This document shows positions 23,141 through 36,839 of a stretch of 45,036 bases of DNA, one piece after another. This stretch comes from Callorhinchus milii (lineage: Eukaryota), in NCBI RefSeq assembly GCF_018977255.1, contig NW_024704744.1:96428965-96474000 (forward strand), written 5' to 3'. The position numbers were made by a program, and so were the translations under genes. The notes beneath the pieces were generated by a model, which did not search any database, was not told the origin of the DNA, and saw only the letters and a list, made by a program, of their open reading frames with translations. The number at the start of each line of letters is the position of its first letter. The stretch's first letter is position 1.

Positions 23141-26100
23141 AATAAAGTTCAAGAACTGTCGTTCGACATGAGCGACAAAGATATATCTTGCTGCTGGCAT
23201 GCGATGGTGTAGCTGAATATCCTTTGAGTGGGTAATCTGCACAGAAGACATTTACTTATGCCATTAACAGTGTAAAATAGAGAGCGAGATAAGTGAAGTT
23301 CTCACACTAAAACTCTTTAAGTGTCTTGTTAGTTGCTGACATCTTGAGGCTGTACTGTAACCAGGAAAGGCGCTGAGATTTCAAGAAGCTTAACTTTCTA
23401 GCATCGCGATTGTTTGGGAACGTTGGGAAAAAAAAATTAAGGCTGACCTCCACTAATTGCTAAAGCTCACACCTAATAAATACCTCCATTATTTGTTCAT
23501 TTTAAATTGTAAAAGGACCTGCTGTAGAAGAGGAAGTACCTTGGATTTTCGCCAAGAGGGTGTTATTTTGTATTGTTGATTCTCAGCACCAGATGGTACA
23601 ATATTTGCAATTCACTTCTGAAGCTTAAAAAACCCCACAACTAATTATAATTCATATACTGCATTTATCGTGAGTGCTTCGTACAAGACGCGTAACAGGC
23701 CCGTGTACGTTTGCTTTCGTGTTCTCTCCAACTTACGGCTCGTCATTCGATAAACGTGTCCCGAATTTGCCTACGTATGCGTTGATTCCTTCAAGTGTGG
23801 GACATGTCAAACCTACACTGATACACCGAGATACCAATAGACCAGATTCTAATAGAACACATTTCTGCCATTGGGGGGGGGGGGGGGGGGGTAGGTGGCG
23901 AGAGAGAGGGGTGAGGGAATCGTATGAATTGCCCTAAGACCCCCCCCCCCCCACCACGATGCACATTATAACAAGTGAGGATTTCCTAACATGAATCATT
24001 TTCCAATTCAATGACGCTTGTATGTAAATCGCTTGAGATTCGCTATGGTGGCTCGTGAGATCACTTGAATCTTCGGTAAGATTTGTTTTGCAACCATTCT
24101 CTATGCACATTGCTTGCAAGAACAACCTCATTAACCCCCAGCAGCACAGGGACAAGCCAATAGTTTTGAGTAATCCTTGTCAGTAGCTCATAAATCAGTG
24201 CAACCCCGATAGGTCTGAAATGTTCCTCCTTGTATTCTACGTTTATTCCACCCAACTAAATGGAAATTGATTTTTTTTAAAACAATGTATTGGGTATCTT
24301 TTAATAGCAGAAGACCATTAATCGCTCGTAATGTAATAAAGGAAGTTCCTTTGACAAGCAATTATTGTGAGTTTCTCAGGATAGCATAAACAGTACGGTT
24401 TAACTTTCAAAGTCGACCTTCACACCTCATATTTGGTGTCCTCCAGCCTGTTGGTGTGTTACTCGGGTACAAGGCAGAAATCTCATCAATCGGAGATGAC
24501 ATCTCAAAGCATAACCAATACCCCCATCCTGATGCTTTCTTTGCAAGCTATTTGCCCCCCAATTTCTCCCAAGTGACAATCTTGCCCCTGTCACCAATCT
24601 GCTTTGAATCAGCTGCAAGGAGCTGAGTGGGTGCAAGAACCTGATGGATAATAGACTTCCAAATTTCCTTCCTGCCTCTTCACCAAAGCCTCTTTTGGCT
24701 TCTGCCACCTCGAGTCGAAAGCGCGTTGACTAGAGGACCACAGCAGAGAATTGCCCAGTGACGCACATTGCATAGGCTCTAAGAAAGTCGTTTTTTTTTT
24801 TGGGTGGGGGGGCTCAAAAGTTTGGTCCGCAGTTTGTTAAAGTTGTGGTTTTTGCAGCGGTCAGTTCAAGTTCAAGAACTTCCAGTGAGTCCATGAACCC
24901 GTTAACCCATCGTACACTTCCATTGCACCAGCCTACTGAAAGGTGGATTGCCAATGAGAGCGCAGGAATTGATTCGTGGGCAGATCCAACGGGAGCACAT
25001 ACTCCCCATGTGGCTGCTAAAAGTTGCGACAACTCTTAAGGAGTTGCAGCGTGTGTCAAAGGTTGCAGTTTCCGCAACAAAATCGCAGCCGATGATTTTG
25101 TTACGGCCTTACACATCGTTACTCCAGCTCCCTGCCCATGATCTTTACTGAATACGAACGAAATAACGTACGCTGTTCGGGCTTTGTATCGGCTAACGCT
25201 TGGCTCAGTAATCGGGGAGTAAGTACATGCGGTTTGTTCTCACTTAGGTTGCTTCGGAGGACGCATTTTTTTGGTTTTGTACGTTCGGCCTTCGTGTGGT
25301 CGCGATCAGGTTCAGAAAATTCACAAGGCACGTTTCTGTTCCTTTAAAATCTGATCACGAATACTTTCGCAGTCCTTTCTTTCACTTTATACGTCGGAGT
25401 GGTGCGCTTCGAAAAACGATTCGTAACCACGGAGATTAAGTTCAGGTTTCCCTTCTTCAAGCACTTCTGTTCATTGGCTTCCCAAGGCCTTCCCAAACTG
25501 CTTGATCCTCACGTTGGAGTCAAACGTGTGTCCCAGGTACGTGCCGGTTTCGATGCCGTGCAACACATTGGTGGATAGGTTGTGTGAATTTGGTAAAACT
25601 GGCCTTTCTATCTCCCGCCGAACAGCCCAAACGCATGTATTTGACTTGCACTTTACACGTGTGAGTGCGCAAACCTAGTAATGCTTTGGTTTAGCAGAGT
25701 TTACACAAGAAGCAGAATGTGGCAGAGAGACACCGTCCAGTACATTTGATCAAAGGGGGTAGAGCTTGCGCTGACAGGCAAATGTATGGTTGATCACACA
25801 CCTGTAGAAGCACTTACAGCAGATGTATGATTACTTTCCTGCCTATTGTGAATCAGTGTTTGCAGCGGCGAGAATATGTCAATCTTTGATTTAGAGAAGA
25901 GAAATTGAATTTGTGAGGTCCTTGTGTGTGTGTGCGATTAGTTTATTTGAGCTACTGTAGTCGGTAAATGATTCGGTGCAGTTCTCAAATTCTGTTTGAA
26001 GAAACATACAAATGGGTTTGCAGTTGTCATTGTGCGAAAGCTGGAAGAGGTGAAAGTCGTACACAGCCTTCACAAAGCCACTGAAAATTGCTCTGCTCTA

Positions 26101-26149
26101 GAGATTTTTTTTGTGTGCGTAACCAAAAAAAACATGCAAGAGCTTAAAT

Positions 26150-26468
26150 GCCCTGCTTCATGTCCCCACGCCTTACCTGCCTCACCATTGAGGCTCACAC
26201 TTTCAGCCCGTCAGCCCCCACTCTCCAGGACTCTATCCCGAGTCCCACTGATTCGGAGCTCTCCCCCACCCCCTCACCTCTTTAAAAATCTGCCTCATGA
26301 TCCAACTCCTTGACCATGTTTTCAGGCATCTTTCCCTTTTCCATCTACCTTGCCATTTCCCCTTTCCCCCCCCCACTTTCCAAGTGCCAAGTTAAGTCTG
26401 TTAGCTGCCTTGGTGCGTCCTGTAGATGTGAAAGGTGCTATATTAATGTACATTTGTATTGTTTTATT
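26150..26468 (+). mobile_element. Degenerate L2 LINE 3' end
   Basis: tttaaaaatctgcctcatgatccaactccttgacca followed by the tail gtgaaaggtgctatattaatgtacatttgtattg. Confidence 0.65.
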
Positions 26469-27369
26469 AGTCTTTCCTAAGTGAGAGTTGGTGGAGAGAT
26501 CAGGAAAATGCTTCTCCCTGCAATTATGCACTGGACTCAACTCCTTAGATCAAAGGTGTTGGACAGCCTCTCCCAGATTCTGTTTCTCGCGTAAACTTCC
26601 GAATCAGTACAACTGTATTCAGGGTGGACATTGAGCTCTACTTTTCACCATCTTTGACCTTCGTGTACGTTTCTACCAGATTCGAGTCTTGTGGACTTTC
26701 CCAATTTCTTACGAAATGCACCAGTCGAACACAACTGTGTAAAACATCAGACACAGAAACCCGAGACCAATAGTAAGCAGTTGAAATACCAACGGAAGCA
26801 AACCCAAGCGTCGCGCTATGTAGCCTCAATAGGCTCAGTAGCCTATTCATTAAAGTGCCATTTTTGGAAACAGTCAAGTGTTTGTACAAAGGTAGTGCTC
26901 AGAGAAGCCTTCTGCCTTCACACGCTGGGTTCTTTTTGCTATCTCTTGCTGTCTAACATTATCAGACAAGACAATTCCTGATGGCCCATTTCATGCCTTG
27001 TTAGATATAAGCAATTTAAAAATCACGAGTAGCCTTGCGTATTGAAGAACTAAGAAAGCCACGTCTGTTTTGCTTAATAATCATCAGCGAGTCACCAGTC
27101 TGCTGTCTGGTAAATGCTAATATTCGCTTGTAAGCCTTTTGTTAAACTATTATCCGTGCACGTTTCAGTATCTTGTGTTTGACTGGACAGAAAATCTTTT
27201 TTTTTTATTCCTCGGTGTGTACTGTGCGCAAGATCATTTTGGGCAGAGTTGGAAGTTTAGTTAACGATCTGGAAACTGGGAATGAAATCCAATTAAGGAT
27301 TCTTAAGATACCATTTATTGTCATCAATGTTGACGTTTGGGATGCTGGAAATAAACACTTCACAAGATG

Positions 27370-27650
27370 ACACGATTAATTTGGATGGAGAAGGCTCTTC
27401 GGCCCATCCGATCTCATCCCTCCTCCCTACATCTTCCCATCGCAGCATCAAGCTGTTTTTAAAATGAGTCCAAATGTCTTGGCCTCAACCGCTCTACCTG
27501 TTCCAGGGGTTGATACGCAAAAGTTCCTGGTATCTGTCATGAAATTGCCCTTTGCCAAGTCAAAACCTATGTCCTCTTGTTCCACGGTCTTGGTGTAGCC
27601 TAAGGTATTGTTCTGGGTTTAGTTTTCAATCTCATTGAAAGTTTTATGAC
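27370..27650 (-). mobile_element. CR1 LINE 3' end
   Basis: tcgcagcatcaagctgtttttaaaatgagtcca...ggcctcaacc is shared with 4300-4355; gtcctcttgtt reversed gives a TRGH-like motif. Confidence 0.75.
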
Positions 27651-28034
27651 CGATCGATAAGATGTTAGTGCACGAGAGACATCACTCCCGATTAAGAAAT
27701 AATCCAGATTATAAAAGAAGGCAGTAACGTGTAATCATTCTATATCAGAAAGTACTGCAACCAGTTTTAATTTGCGGCAAAAAACACCAATATTGCAAAA
27801 GAGCTTGAAACGGGACAGACCACTCTATGAGTATGTTTTGAGTACATTTCACTGCATTGTTTTTAAATTAAAGTCTACTGTGCAGAATTTCGTGGGTGGG
27901 GCGGAGAGATTTTCTCACTGAGTCCTGACATTTGGATCAATCAATCAATCTCAAGCATTTGTGCTGTCACTCTCGCCAAACCTGATCCGTCTCATTATTG
28001 TGTATCAAAAGCACATGGATTAATACATAAACAA

Positions 28035-28200
28035 ATAAATGATAATTTATGGGACTGTGCTGTGCAAAATTGGCTGCTGTGTTGCGCCCACAAAATATAC
28101 AGTCAACAAACTTTACAAGAATATTCTGTGAAGCGCTTTCAACGATGAGATGAGGTATAATATCAAATGCGAGGATTATTATTATTATTATTATTATTGA
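28035..28200 (+). mobile_element. SINE 3' half
   Basis: gctgtgcaaaattggctgctgtg...gtgaagcgcttt...(ATT)n. Confidence 0.85.
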
Positions 28201-28374
28201 ATAAGGATACAATACTGCACTGCTCCACTGACGTACACTTCAGGAGCCAACTGCTACCTGATCACCACTGAATAAGTCGGCTACGTTCACAGGAGCCCCC
28301 CAAAAAAGGATTAAATTGAACTTAGAGACTGAATCTACTGCAGAGTTGTTTCTTAACCAAACCAGGGAACAGAA

Positions 28375-28892
28375 CAACATCAAGTTCAAGGTCTATGCCC
28401 TCGTTTGCTCTTCTGCCCTATCTGTGTTACCTTCTCCAGCTCCACGGTCCAGCCTACAAGCTAGTCTTTTTTGGTTTGGGATTGGTCCTCACATACAAAG
28501 CCCTCCACGGCCTCGCCCCACCCTACCTCTGCGACCTCCTAACTCCCTACCAACCCCCCCGTTCCCTCCGCTCAGCCGGCTCCGGCTGCTCCACGTCCCC
28601 CGACCCACCCGCCCCACCATTGGCGGGAGAGCCTTCAGCCACTCCACCCCCAACCTCTGGAATTCCATCCCCCAGTCACTCCGCCTCACACCCTCCTCAG
28701 CCTCCTTCAAGTCCCGCCTCAAGACCCTCCTCTTCGACCATGCCATCAGCCACCCCCCCTTCCCCTCCCCTCCCTTCCCTCCGACACCCCCCCCGGACCC
28801 CAACTCAGGTCTGAAATACTGTACACTGTCCAGCGCCTTGGGACATCCTCCCGACGTGAAAGCCGCTTTACAAATGTAATGTTGTTGTTGTT
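28375..28892 (+). mobile_element. L2 LINE ORF2 C-terminus and 3'UTR (5'-truncated, frameshifted)
   Basis: LVLTYKALHGLAPPYLCDLLTPYQPPRSLRS then LHVPRPTRPTIGGRAFSHSTPNLWNSIPQSLRL..FKSRLKTLLFD; (TGT)n tail. Confidence 0.93.
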
Positions 28893-31069
28893 GGTGCTGC
28901 ATTCCTTCCTTCACACGGTCAGAGGCTGAGTTTTTGACAACCACACGGACCCCTGCCTCCAGAATACTCTTCCTCGGTGACTCTTCCTTGTTATTTCTCA
29001 CGTCCTAGTCTTTTTGTTGTCCATGACCGTTGTACAGTTCCGGTACGGGTGTGACTCGGATTGCCCACTTCTCAGTGAGTTGCGCCTCGCGAAGGTCCTC
29101 CCAACGCTACACACATGTATTTTGTTGTTGCTGTTGTTGTTGTCGCACCAAGGGAAAGTAGTCCTCCACCGCAGTGTTTCACCAATATCCATAAGCAATC
29201 ACATGTGCCACAAAGGAGATTTGATGTATTTAAATGCAGTACACGGTTATGTGGGGACATCATGTCTTATGGTCAACGATGCTTCAACATATATATATTT
29301 TTTGCAAAAGCTTCAATTGTATTGACTTTAATTGGCTGCAATAGGTATCTATTTGCTCTGAGTCTTACTTGCATCTCCCGTAGTATATGTCATGTAACGA
29401 TTTGGATATTTGGAGCATGACTAAGGCTAATAGTGTCTATCCCTAAATAATTGGCTAAATTGATGGTTTTTTTTTCCCACTGGCATGATAGATTTCCCAT
29501 CATCCTAGACCAATATCAATAATTTAACCCGGGAAAATGTTACACAAGTGCAACTTAAAACCTAGACTGGCATTTACTGCATAAAATATAGTGACATTTG
29601 AGAAAACGCCCCCAAAAGAGCCTTGCTCACAGCTGCTCTGAATGCTTTATTGTTGCACGGCTACAGGTTTATCTCTGTGAAAGATTTTGAGTGTTGAATT
29701 ACTTCCTGTCATCCAGCCGTGAGCATCGCCTGCAATGCAAAGCCATCAATTCCCTTTTATTGCTGGAAAAGATCTTCTAATTGTGCCAAATGCAATCTCG
29801 TGGTGCAGACGAGTTGCATTAATAAAACTTCCCTCTGCTTGGAACTTACAATTTATGTTCTACGCACGCTGTGATAGAAAATTATTGGTAATGTGGGTGA
29901 ATTATAGGAAAACATCTTTTTGGTTTGTTGTGCGATCAATTACTTTTTCAAACCCACTTCCTTCCTCCCCGCTCCCCCGCCCCCAAACACACACGCCAAA
30001 AATAGGGTAAAATTGTAAACCGTCGAAATCAATGCACAACACTTTTGTTGCTTTTTAATCAAGGGAAATAAACGGAGCCGATTTCATCTCCCAAGTATTT
30101 TTTTTTGCTTGCTTTTGATCCGACGCTAACGGTAAAGCTAGACTCGGTGGTTGATGTCTGTTTGTGTGCGTGTGCCGCTGTGATTGATAGCCAAGAACAG
30201 AGATGGAAACAACTGGCTCGAACATTTACTGTTCCCCTTTGAGTTGTACAGTGAAATCAAATAAATGGACTTTTCTTTGGGCGAGCCTGTATGATTAATG
30301 GGGGCTCGCCTATACAATGGTATTGTAACGGTAGTGGTGGGGTGGGGGGGAGGGGGGGGGGAGGAGGGGAGGTGGTCATTCTATTGAAATGAAATTTCTT
30401 GCCATGGTTATGCGTATATTTTTTTTTCGAAGTGGGAATGCATTCCGAACTTTATCTCGTTGTTTAATCTCTCAGCTCCGACGGAAGGAGTTGAACGAGT
30501 GTTGGGTTTCGTACCGCCTAGTCTTTCTAGCGAGACCCTTGAACCAAGCGCGTCTCTCTCGTGGGGCGCTTTTGCTCTGAATTGGCCACACGCGGAGCAC
30601 TTGTCAGAAGCCACGTGTCATTTGCAGTTTCAAAACGCTTCACTGGGATTTAACCCAAACTTTCCAATTGGCTTTACAACAAATACCAGGGACTCGGCAG
30701 TTCTTTTCCGCACAAAATGAGGGCGATACACGTTCGGATCAAGACAGATAAAATCCCATCAGCACCCGGCTTGGTTGAGTGCTGCACGTAAGAATTTGCG
30801 ATTCGGTTAGCGCCTGCTGGAACGAATAGTTCACGCTCCCAAAGCGGCCAACTGAGCAGCATGAAGTATACAGCATCCCCCAAATGTAGAATTCCGAGTG
30901 AAAATGCCTGAGGCGCAAATTCGTAAAGAGACGATCTTTCGGATTACACGCTTTGCGCCCTGGTGGACGGACGGACGGACGGATGGACGAACGAAAGCGT
31001 GTCGTTTTGATGAGGGATGTCCTTTTCTCCCCCCCCACCACCCCTACCACCCCTTGCCCCTCTCCCCAA

Positions 31070-31495
31070 CATGTCTCATTGGGTTCGAAACATTGCGCTG
31101 GAGTAAGCCAACACTGTACCAGTGAAGAGGCTGGCGGGAGGTCTGGAAGAAATCGCACGCATAACCAAGGTAAAAGGGGAACATTGTCGTGCTTTTGGCC
31201 CGCAATGTTAAACCCAGGCGCGATCTGCCTGTTCAAGTGGACGTTAAAAATCCCACGTCACAACTCAAAAGGAGGGAAGGGGCTCTCGACAAAACATCAA
31301 ATCAATTTTTTTTTAAAAACGGTTCAGTCACTTCATGGCTGTTTTAGTAGGACATTGCTGGACGCAAGTTGGCTGCCGCCTTTGCCTAAAAATACGTGGT
31401 CCGCACACTTCACAGTAAAATCCCGTGCAGGGCTTTGAGACATCTCAACCGTGTGAGGAGACTCTATATGAAATGAAAGGACTGTTTTGTTATAT
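31070..31495 (+). mobile_element. Deu-domain SINE, degenerate
   Basis: atgttaaacccagg...tctgcctgttcaagtggacgttaaaaatccca core plus the shared tail. Confidence 0.75.
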
Positions 31496-32504
31496 TCACG
31501 TACGTTGGGCAAGTTGAAGTGTAAACGATGCGAGTTTAAGAACAATCCTCAATGTCAGTAAGCATGTGGTGAGTAAGATAATTTGAAAACAGTGGTGTTC
31601 TGCAAATTGAAAGAAACCTGCCGTGCATGTATTGAAGTTAGGGTTTACCAAGGGCAACTCGCACGTCTCTATAATGACTCCTTTTGTGCGGAGGGAAACT
31701 CGGTGCACAACTGGAAGATGCAAAGAGGCGATGCATTTTCACGGCTGAAATAACTGACGCCGCACAAGAAGGCCAAGGACCCAACTTTGTGCAGGAGGGA
31801 AATCTTGGAAGGTGCGAGGAACAACAATCTAGTGGTACGTATTATATTGATCGAGTGTCATATGAATTACCCTATTTAGTACCTTTATAAAGTCGAGCGA
31901 GTTACGGTCCGGGTAACGATAAGATAGCGGGATTGAAAAAGAGCAAGTTGGGGGAAAAAAAGCGGCGTAAAAGCGGTGCCTCGACTGGGGAAAGAGAACC
32001 TCTGAAAGGGAAACTTGTCTCCTCCTGGTTAACCCGCGACACCCAGCCAGAGCCGAGTTATCGTAGGTCTGTGACGTGCATCGGGTTCCCTGGAAGGAGG
32101 CAAAACTTTGCGTCGTGGCAGTGAGCAGTGCAGCGGAGAATCTCAACGCTTGTAAGCAAATCGGGAGAAGTTACGTTCCATCTCCTCTCTTGCAGGACCA
32201 GCAGAACTCAGTGGGGGTTGGCTGCTCAAGTAGAAGAGGAGCTGCTGGCAACAGGGCATGTACAGTGACCACCCCAACTTCAAGCTAGCACCATCTCACA
32301 TACATTCACTCTCTATGGGGTCGATTTGCGGAGCCCGTATAGAAGGAGACATTGGTGAGGAAGCAGTCGAGGAGAGGAGGGTGGGGTGGGGTGGGGTAAG
32401 ACAGGTTTGAGGAGGGGGCAGCTAGTAAACTGACAAAAACCCAACAGGCTGTTTTTTTTCCCCCCAACTAAATGACGTGATGATCGACTCGATCCCGGCT
32501 CATT

Positions 32505-32836
32505 TGGTAGTACTCATTTGGGCGCGTTTTGCCCACAAAATACAAAGTCTATTCGCTTTACAGTGTATTTGAGGCGTCTCGAAGGTGTGATAAGGCGCTG
32601 TATCAAACGCAAGTCTTATTATTATTCTTACTCTTGCGTCTGAGTCGTAAGGCTGTGGGTTCAAGCCCACATTGGGACTTTGAGCTCCTCGTCTAGGCTG
32701 ACGCACTGATGCAGTTCTGGGACGGTATGCTGCATTGTTGGAGGTGCTGTCCCTCAGATTAAACCGAGGTAGTGTCTGCCTGTTCTGGTGGACATTAGTA
32801 GATCCCTTGGCACGATGGGATGATAATAATAATAAT
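32505..32836 (+). mobile_element. SINE tail (32505-32625) followed by Deu-SINE head and core (32626-32836)
   Basis: gtgataaggcgctgtatcaaacgcaag tail, then ctcttgcgtctgagtcgtaaggctgtgggttcaagccc...ttggaggtgctgtc...ggtggacattagtagatccc. Confidence 0.85.
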
Positions 32837-32839
32837 TAA

Positions 32840-33060
32840 AAAAAAAGACAGACTTTGTAGTGCCTTTTACGTAGGATGAAAAACGTACGGTGTTTCAGAA
32901 AGATAACGGGGAAGGCCGAGCAAAGGAGATAGGAGAACGTAAAGCTATGGAGAAAGGCACGGGCAAGGTCAAAGAGATATGTTTCTAAGATGGCTTTGAA
33001 GGCAAAGAAGAAAAGAACTAAGGGTGCGGATTCTGGGAGAGAGTTTGAGAGTGAGCAACA
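32840..33060 (-). mobile_element. Degenerate L2 3' end
   Basis: Minus strand reads LSNSLPES...FKAILETYLFD. Confidence 0.65.
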
Positions 33061-33309
33061 CCGGTTGTCTTCGATGCATGCTGTTTTTTTTTTTTTGGAT
33101 GCTGCCGGTGACACTTGTGGACACTCGACCCTGTGGAGACCACGCACGCACTACACGCCACACATCCACCGCACGCCACACACGCATACAGCTGGAGCAC
33201 TGCTCAGGAGCAGCTCGCATTTCTCCCACAGTGGCGTGGTCATCAACTCTACAGGAAACCTCCAAGGCCAGTCTTCCATCACCACCACCACCACCACCAC
33301 CAATAACGT

Positions 33310-33650
33310 GCCCTTCACAAGCCTCATGGTCTCTTGGGGAAACAACAGGGTTTTCTTTGTGTCCCCACCCTATCTGCCCTGCCTTTAGCTCGTGTGCTTT
33401 CATCCGCTCTGCCCTTGCTCTCTGGAACTCCATTCCAGACTCTCCAACTCGCTGCCTCCCTCCCATCATTTGAGACCCTTCTCAAGACAGTACCTCTTTG
33501 ACGGCGCTTTTAGTCGTGTTTCCACTCCCCACCCCCCCTTCCCCCACCCCCGCCTCAAATCCTTTGGCTCCTGACGTTCAGCCAGAAGTCCCAGCCTGCA
33601 GCGTCGTGCACTTTGAGACGCTGTCTCAACGCGACCGGCATTATTTAATC
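33310..33650 (+). mobile_element. Degenerate L2 3' end
   Basis: AFIRSALALWNSIPDS followed by a gcactttgagacg tail. Confidence 0.65.
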
Positions 33651-34074
33651 TGTACCCGATTAGGAAAGAGAAGCTCCCAACACACTAGATGCAAAGACTT
33701 AAGGGAATAAGTAGATTACTATATCGTATCCACCGCCAACGTTGCCAGACATAATAAATGGCTCATTGTAATGTTGCACTGACTCTTCTTTTTAAACGCG
33801 TCTAAAAATAAAGGGTTGATCAGGCAAATCCTGACCAAAAAGGAAAGCCCTGGCGCAAACAAAGCGTGGGTAGGGGGGACCTAAGCTGCGTGTTGCGCGA
33901 CTGTAACGTCGTCTCAGAATGAAAGCAATCGCGCCAACTGCAAAGGGGCAAAGGGGCATCCACGTCCCTGACAGCAGTGACCAGTCGGCTGCTGATGGGC
34001 ATCGAGATGTAAATTAGTGAATGACCCAGCGATACAGCTCTTCCGTCTCCGCCTTAATGTACTGCTACAGGAAA

Positions 34075-34460
34075 GTCCCGACGTGGCACAGCTCGGTCAC
34101 CTTCTCCACAGTGATCAGTCTCCTTTACCACACGCGTGTGTCTATCGCACTGTATTGTATTGGAGCCACTGCCTGGTAGAGTACCCCCAGTGCGGTGTTG
34201 GTGGGGGGCGTACCCCTTTTGTTGGAGGTGCCATCTTTCATGAGAGCTCCAGTGACGCCGTTCGATAGGGATCAGGGAGTTTATTTTTGATGCGTTGGCT
34301 AACAATCCTCCAGGTCATTTAAATTGGTTACGTACCTCATGATTCGTTGTGGGACATTGCTCCGTGCAAACTATCCGCTGTGTTTGCTTTCAAATGCACT
34401 GGGTTGGAATTACCTGCAAAACGTTTCGGTGTTGAAGGTGGGGCGTTAATTTGCAAGGAT
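34075..34460 (+). mobile_element. Degenerate Deu-domain SINE
   Basis: gttggaggtgccatctttcatgaga core and ttgtgggacattgctccgtgcaaa block. Confidence 0.65.
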
Positions 34461-35487
34461 GGTTGGTTTCCGCAGCTTCTGAGTCTCCGATCCTTTCTGT
34501 ATTCCTGGGTTGTGATTTCCTTCTTTCGCTGTGATGAATGTGCTTATAGCTGCTCCACCCATTTCCTCGGGCAGAAATTTTCCTCTTCATTATTTTTACC
34601 GTCTCGAGAGCTGGCCTGGAATTAAAGACTCAGTGCCTGCTTAGATTTGTTTCCTTAATGATCTTTAATAAATGATATTGGCATTTTCTTCCTTTTCGCC
34701 CTCCACCTCTCTCCCCCGCCACCTCTCATCTTTTTTTTTTAATTGAACTCTAGTTTTATTAATCTATTAATTTGTGATCTCAATAATTTGAACATCACAA
34801 TCTTCATCAAAGATTATTTGGCTCCACTCTATCACTTCAAGAGCTCTGCCTCCCAAGGGCTTGAATCCCAAACCTATTAATTGCCTGGAGATACACTTTG
34901 ACTCAGTTTGCATCGCCCAGAATTGTGGAACGTGCTCAAAACTTATATATATATATATATATATAAAGTTTGAAACCTTTTTTTTAAAAATGGGTATAAA
35001 AAGGAACAGGTTTTCAAATTAAGACTTTTTTCTTGAAGCATATTCCACAATTCTGCGGCTTCTTAATTTTTAACGGCCAAGACTGGATGGACTTTTCAGA
35101 CTTTGCAGTGAAAACCCAAACGCTACTTTCATTGCGGCGATTTGACAGTCTTGCTGAGGCAACGGGGATATCAGAGTTTTCGAAGCTTCTCGTCAATTTT
35201 CCTTCATTCAACCGGTGAAACGACTTGTCTGGTGGGTGCAAATATACATTGCAATCCAAGTAGCCTTTTGATCTGTCTGTCTTGAGAAAGACGTGAGCCA
35301 TTTCCATCCAAGTTTGCAGCCAACCTTTAGCTCTTGTGAATCTGCTGCCTGAGGGTGGGGGGAAGAGAGCAATCCACTTACTAACTTGCTCATTCTTGGG
35401 TAGAGAGATGAAGGCTGTGCACTTTCATTACCTTTTTGAAGCACCAGATTGCCACTGTGAACAGAACAAGAACAGCAGGTCTCCTAC

Positions 35488-36172
35488 TACAACAACAACT
35501 TGGATTTATATAGCGGAGTGAGGAAGGGAATTCTGGAGCCTCGGGGCATAGTGGTTGAAGTCACGGCCGCTGAGGGTGGAGAGGAGGACTCGGCGGATGA
35601 GGAGGAGGCCAGACCCGGAGGAACGAAGGCACCGGGTACTGTGCTGAGGGGGTCAGAGAGGTCGGGGGGTGCAGAGGAGTGCAGGGACTTGAAGACAAGG
35701 GTGAGGATCTTGAAGTCGATCCTCTCTGGGACAGGCAGCCAGTGCAGTCTGGCCAGGACTGAGGGGATCGGGGAGCGGAGTTTGGTGCGGTTGAGAATGC
35801 GGGCGGCAAAGACCTGGATGACCTGGATTTTCTGGATGGTAGTGGATGGGAGACCGGCGAGGAGGACATTAGAGTAGTCCAGCCGAGAGGTGACAAAGGC
35901 ATGTACTAGGGTTTCAGTGGCTTTCGGAGAGAAGTATTGGCGGAGACGGGCGATGCGTCGGAGGTGGAAGAAGGAGGTGCTGGTGAGGGACCGGATGTGG
36001 AGGAGGAAGGATAATTGGCGGTCGAACCTGATGCCTACGGTTGCGTACAGGTTCGGAGAGTTTTAGGTGGAGGAGGTGAGAGCCGTGAGATTTTAGACGA
36101 TGACGAGAGCCGAAGAGTATGGCTTCCGTCTTGTCTCCTAGATTGAGGTTGAAGCTTGTTGCGGAGAAATAG
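35488..36172 (-). mobile_element. L2 LINE ORF2 fragment (RT C-terminal region) with tail
   Basis: Across frames: LNLGDKTEAILFG, FFHLRRIARLRQY, TLVHAFVTSRLDYSNVLLAGLP, LHWLPVPERIDFKIL. Tail aacaacaacttggatttatatagcg at 35490-35515. Several frameshifts. Confidence 0.92.
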
Positions 36173-36839
36173 ACCAATGACAATAATTGGTATGGCTATT
36201 GCCAGTGAGTAATCTTGACAAATGGTACTGCCCGCTCTCCAAACTAATCAGGGTCACCCGTGGCTGCTTGGTATACTTTTGGTAACGCTCACGTTGTTTC
36301 TACTTTGAGAGGATCAGAAGGTTTTTCACCCGTTGGCAGTTAAATGCAAAGCAATTGTTTCTGCGCATAGTGAACTTGAGCAGAGGCGCGCTCGAGATTT
36401 CATGGGATGGGGGGAAAAAAAGGGAAGAATTAGCAGAACAGCGAAGTGGTCCAAGCACTCGTCTGATCGTAGATGTCGTCTTGTCAGGTGTGCGAAAGCT
36501 CAAAAGAATTTCAATAATTCTGGTTTTGCAGCAGAATTACGACGCCAACAGCTTATACGTACGTCATGGTCACTGCGAAACCACAGGACATACCAGCTTG
36601 TACTTTAGAATTAACAACAACACAAAAGGAGAGGCTGTTGTAACCAGTTCTGAATAAGAATAACTGGACTGTACATCGGGGGGGGGGGGGAGAGAAAAAA
36701 AAGAGATGCATTTAGAATAAATAGGCACTCATGAATTTCGCCACGACGAGAGACTGAGTAGAGTTAGCGGTGATATTCCCTGGAATATAATTGTATTGGT
36801 AATGCTCCTTGGTCGCGAGTGATCTTAGCGCTCAGGACG

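Noticed and set aside
23578-23600. Possible REST/RE1 site (tcagcacc), also at about 30760
   Set aside because: Only the left half-site is present, with no correctly spaced GGACAG half.
24420-25040. Segment with coding-like composition and several short ORFs
   Set aside because: No recognisable domain or splice-bounded frame compatible with neurexin. It may be a decayed transposon, but I cannot support a call.
35488-36172. Possible intact or domesticated reverse transcriptase gene
   Set aside because: It is 5'-truncated, frameshifted and lacks the catalytic core; an ordinary dead L2 copy.
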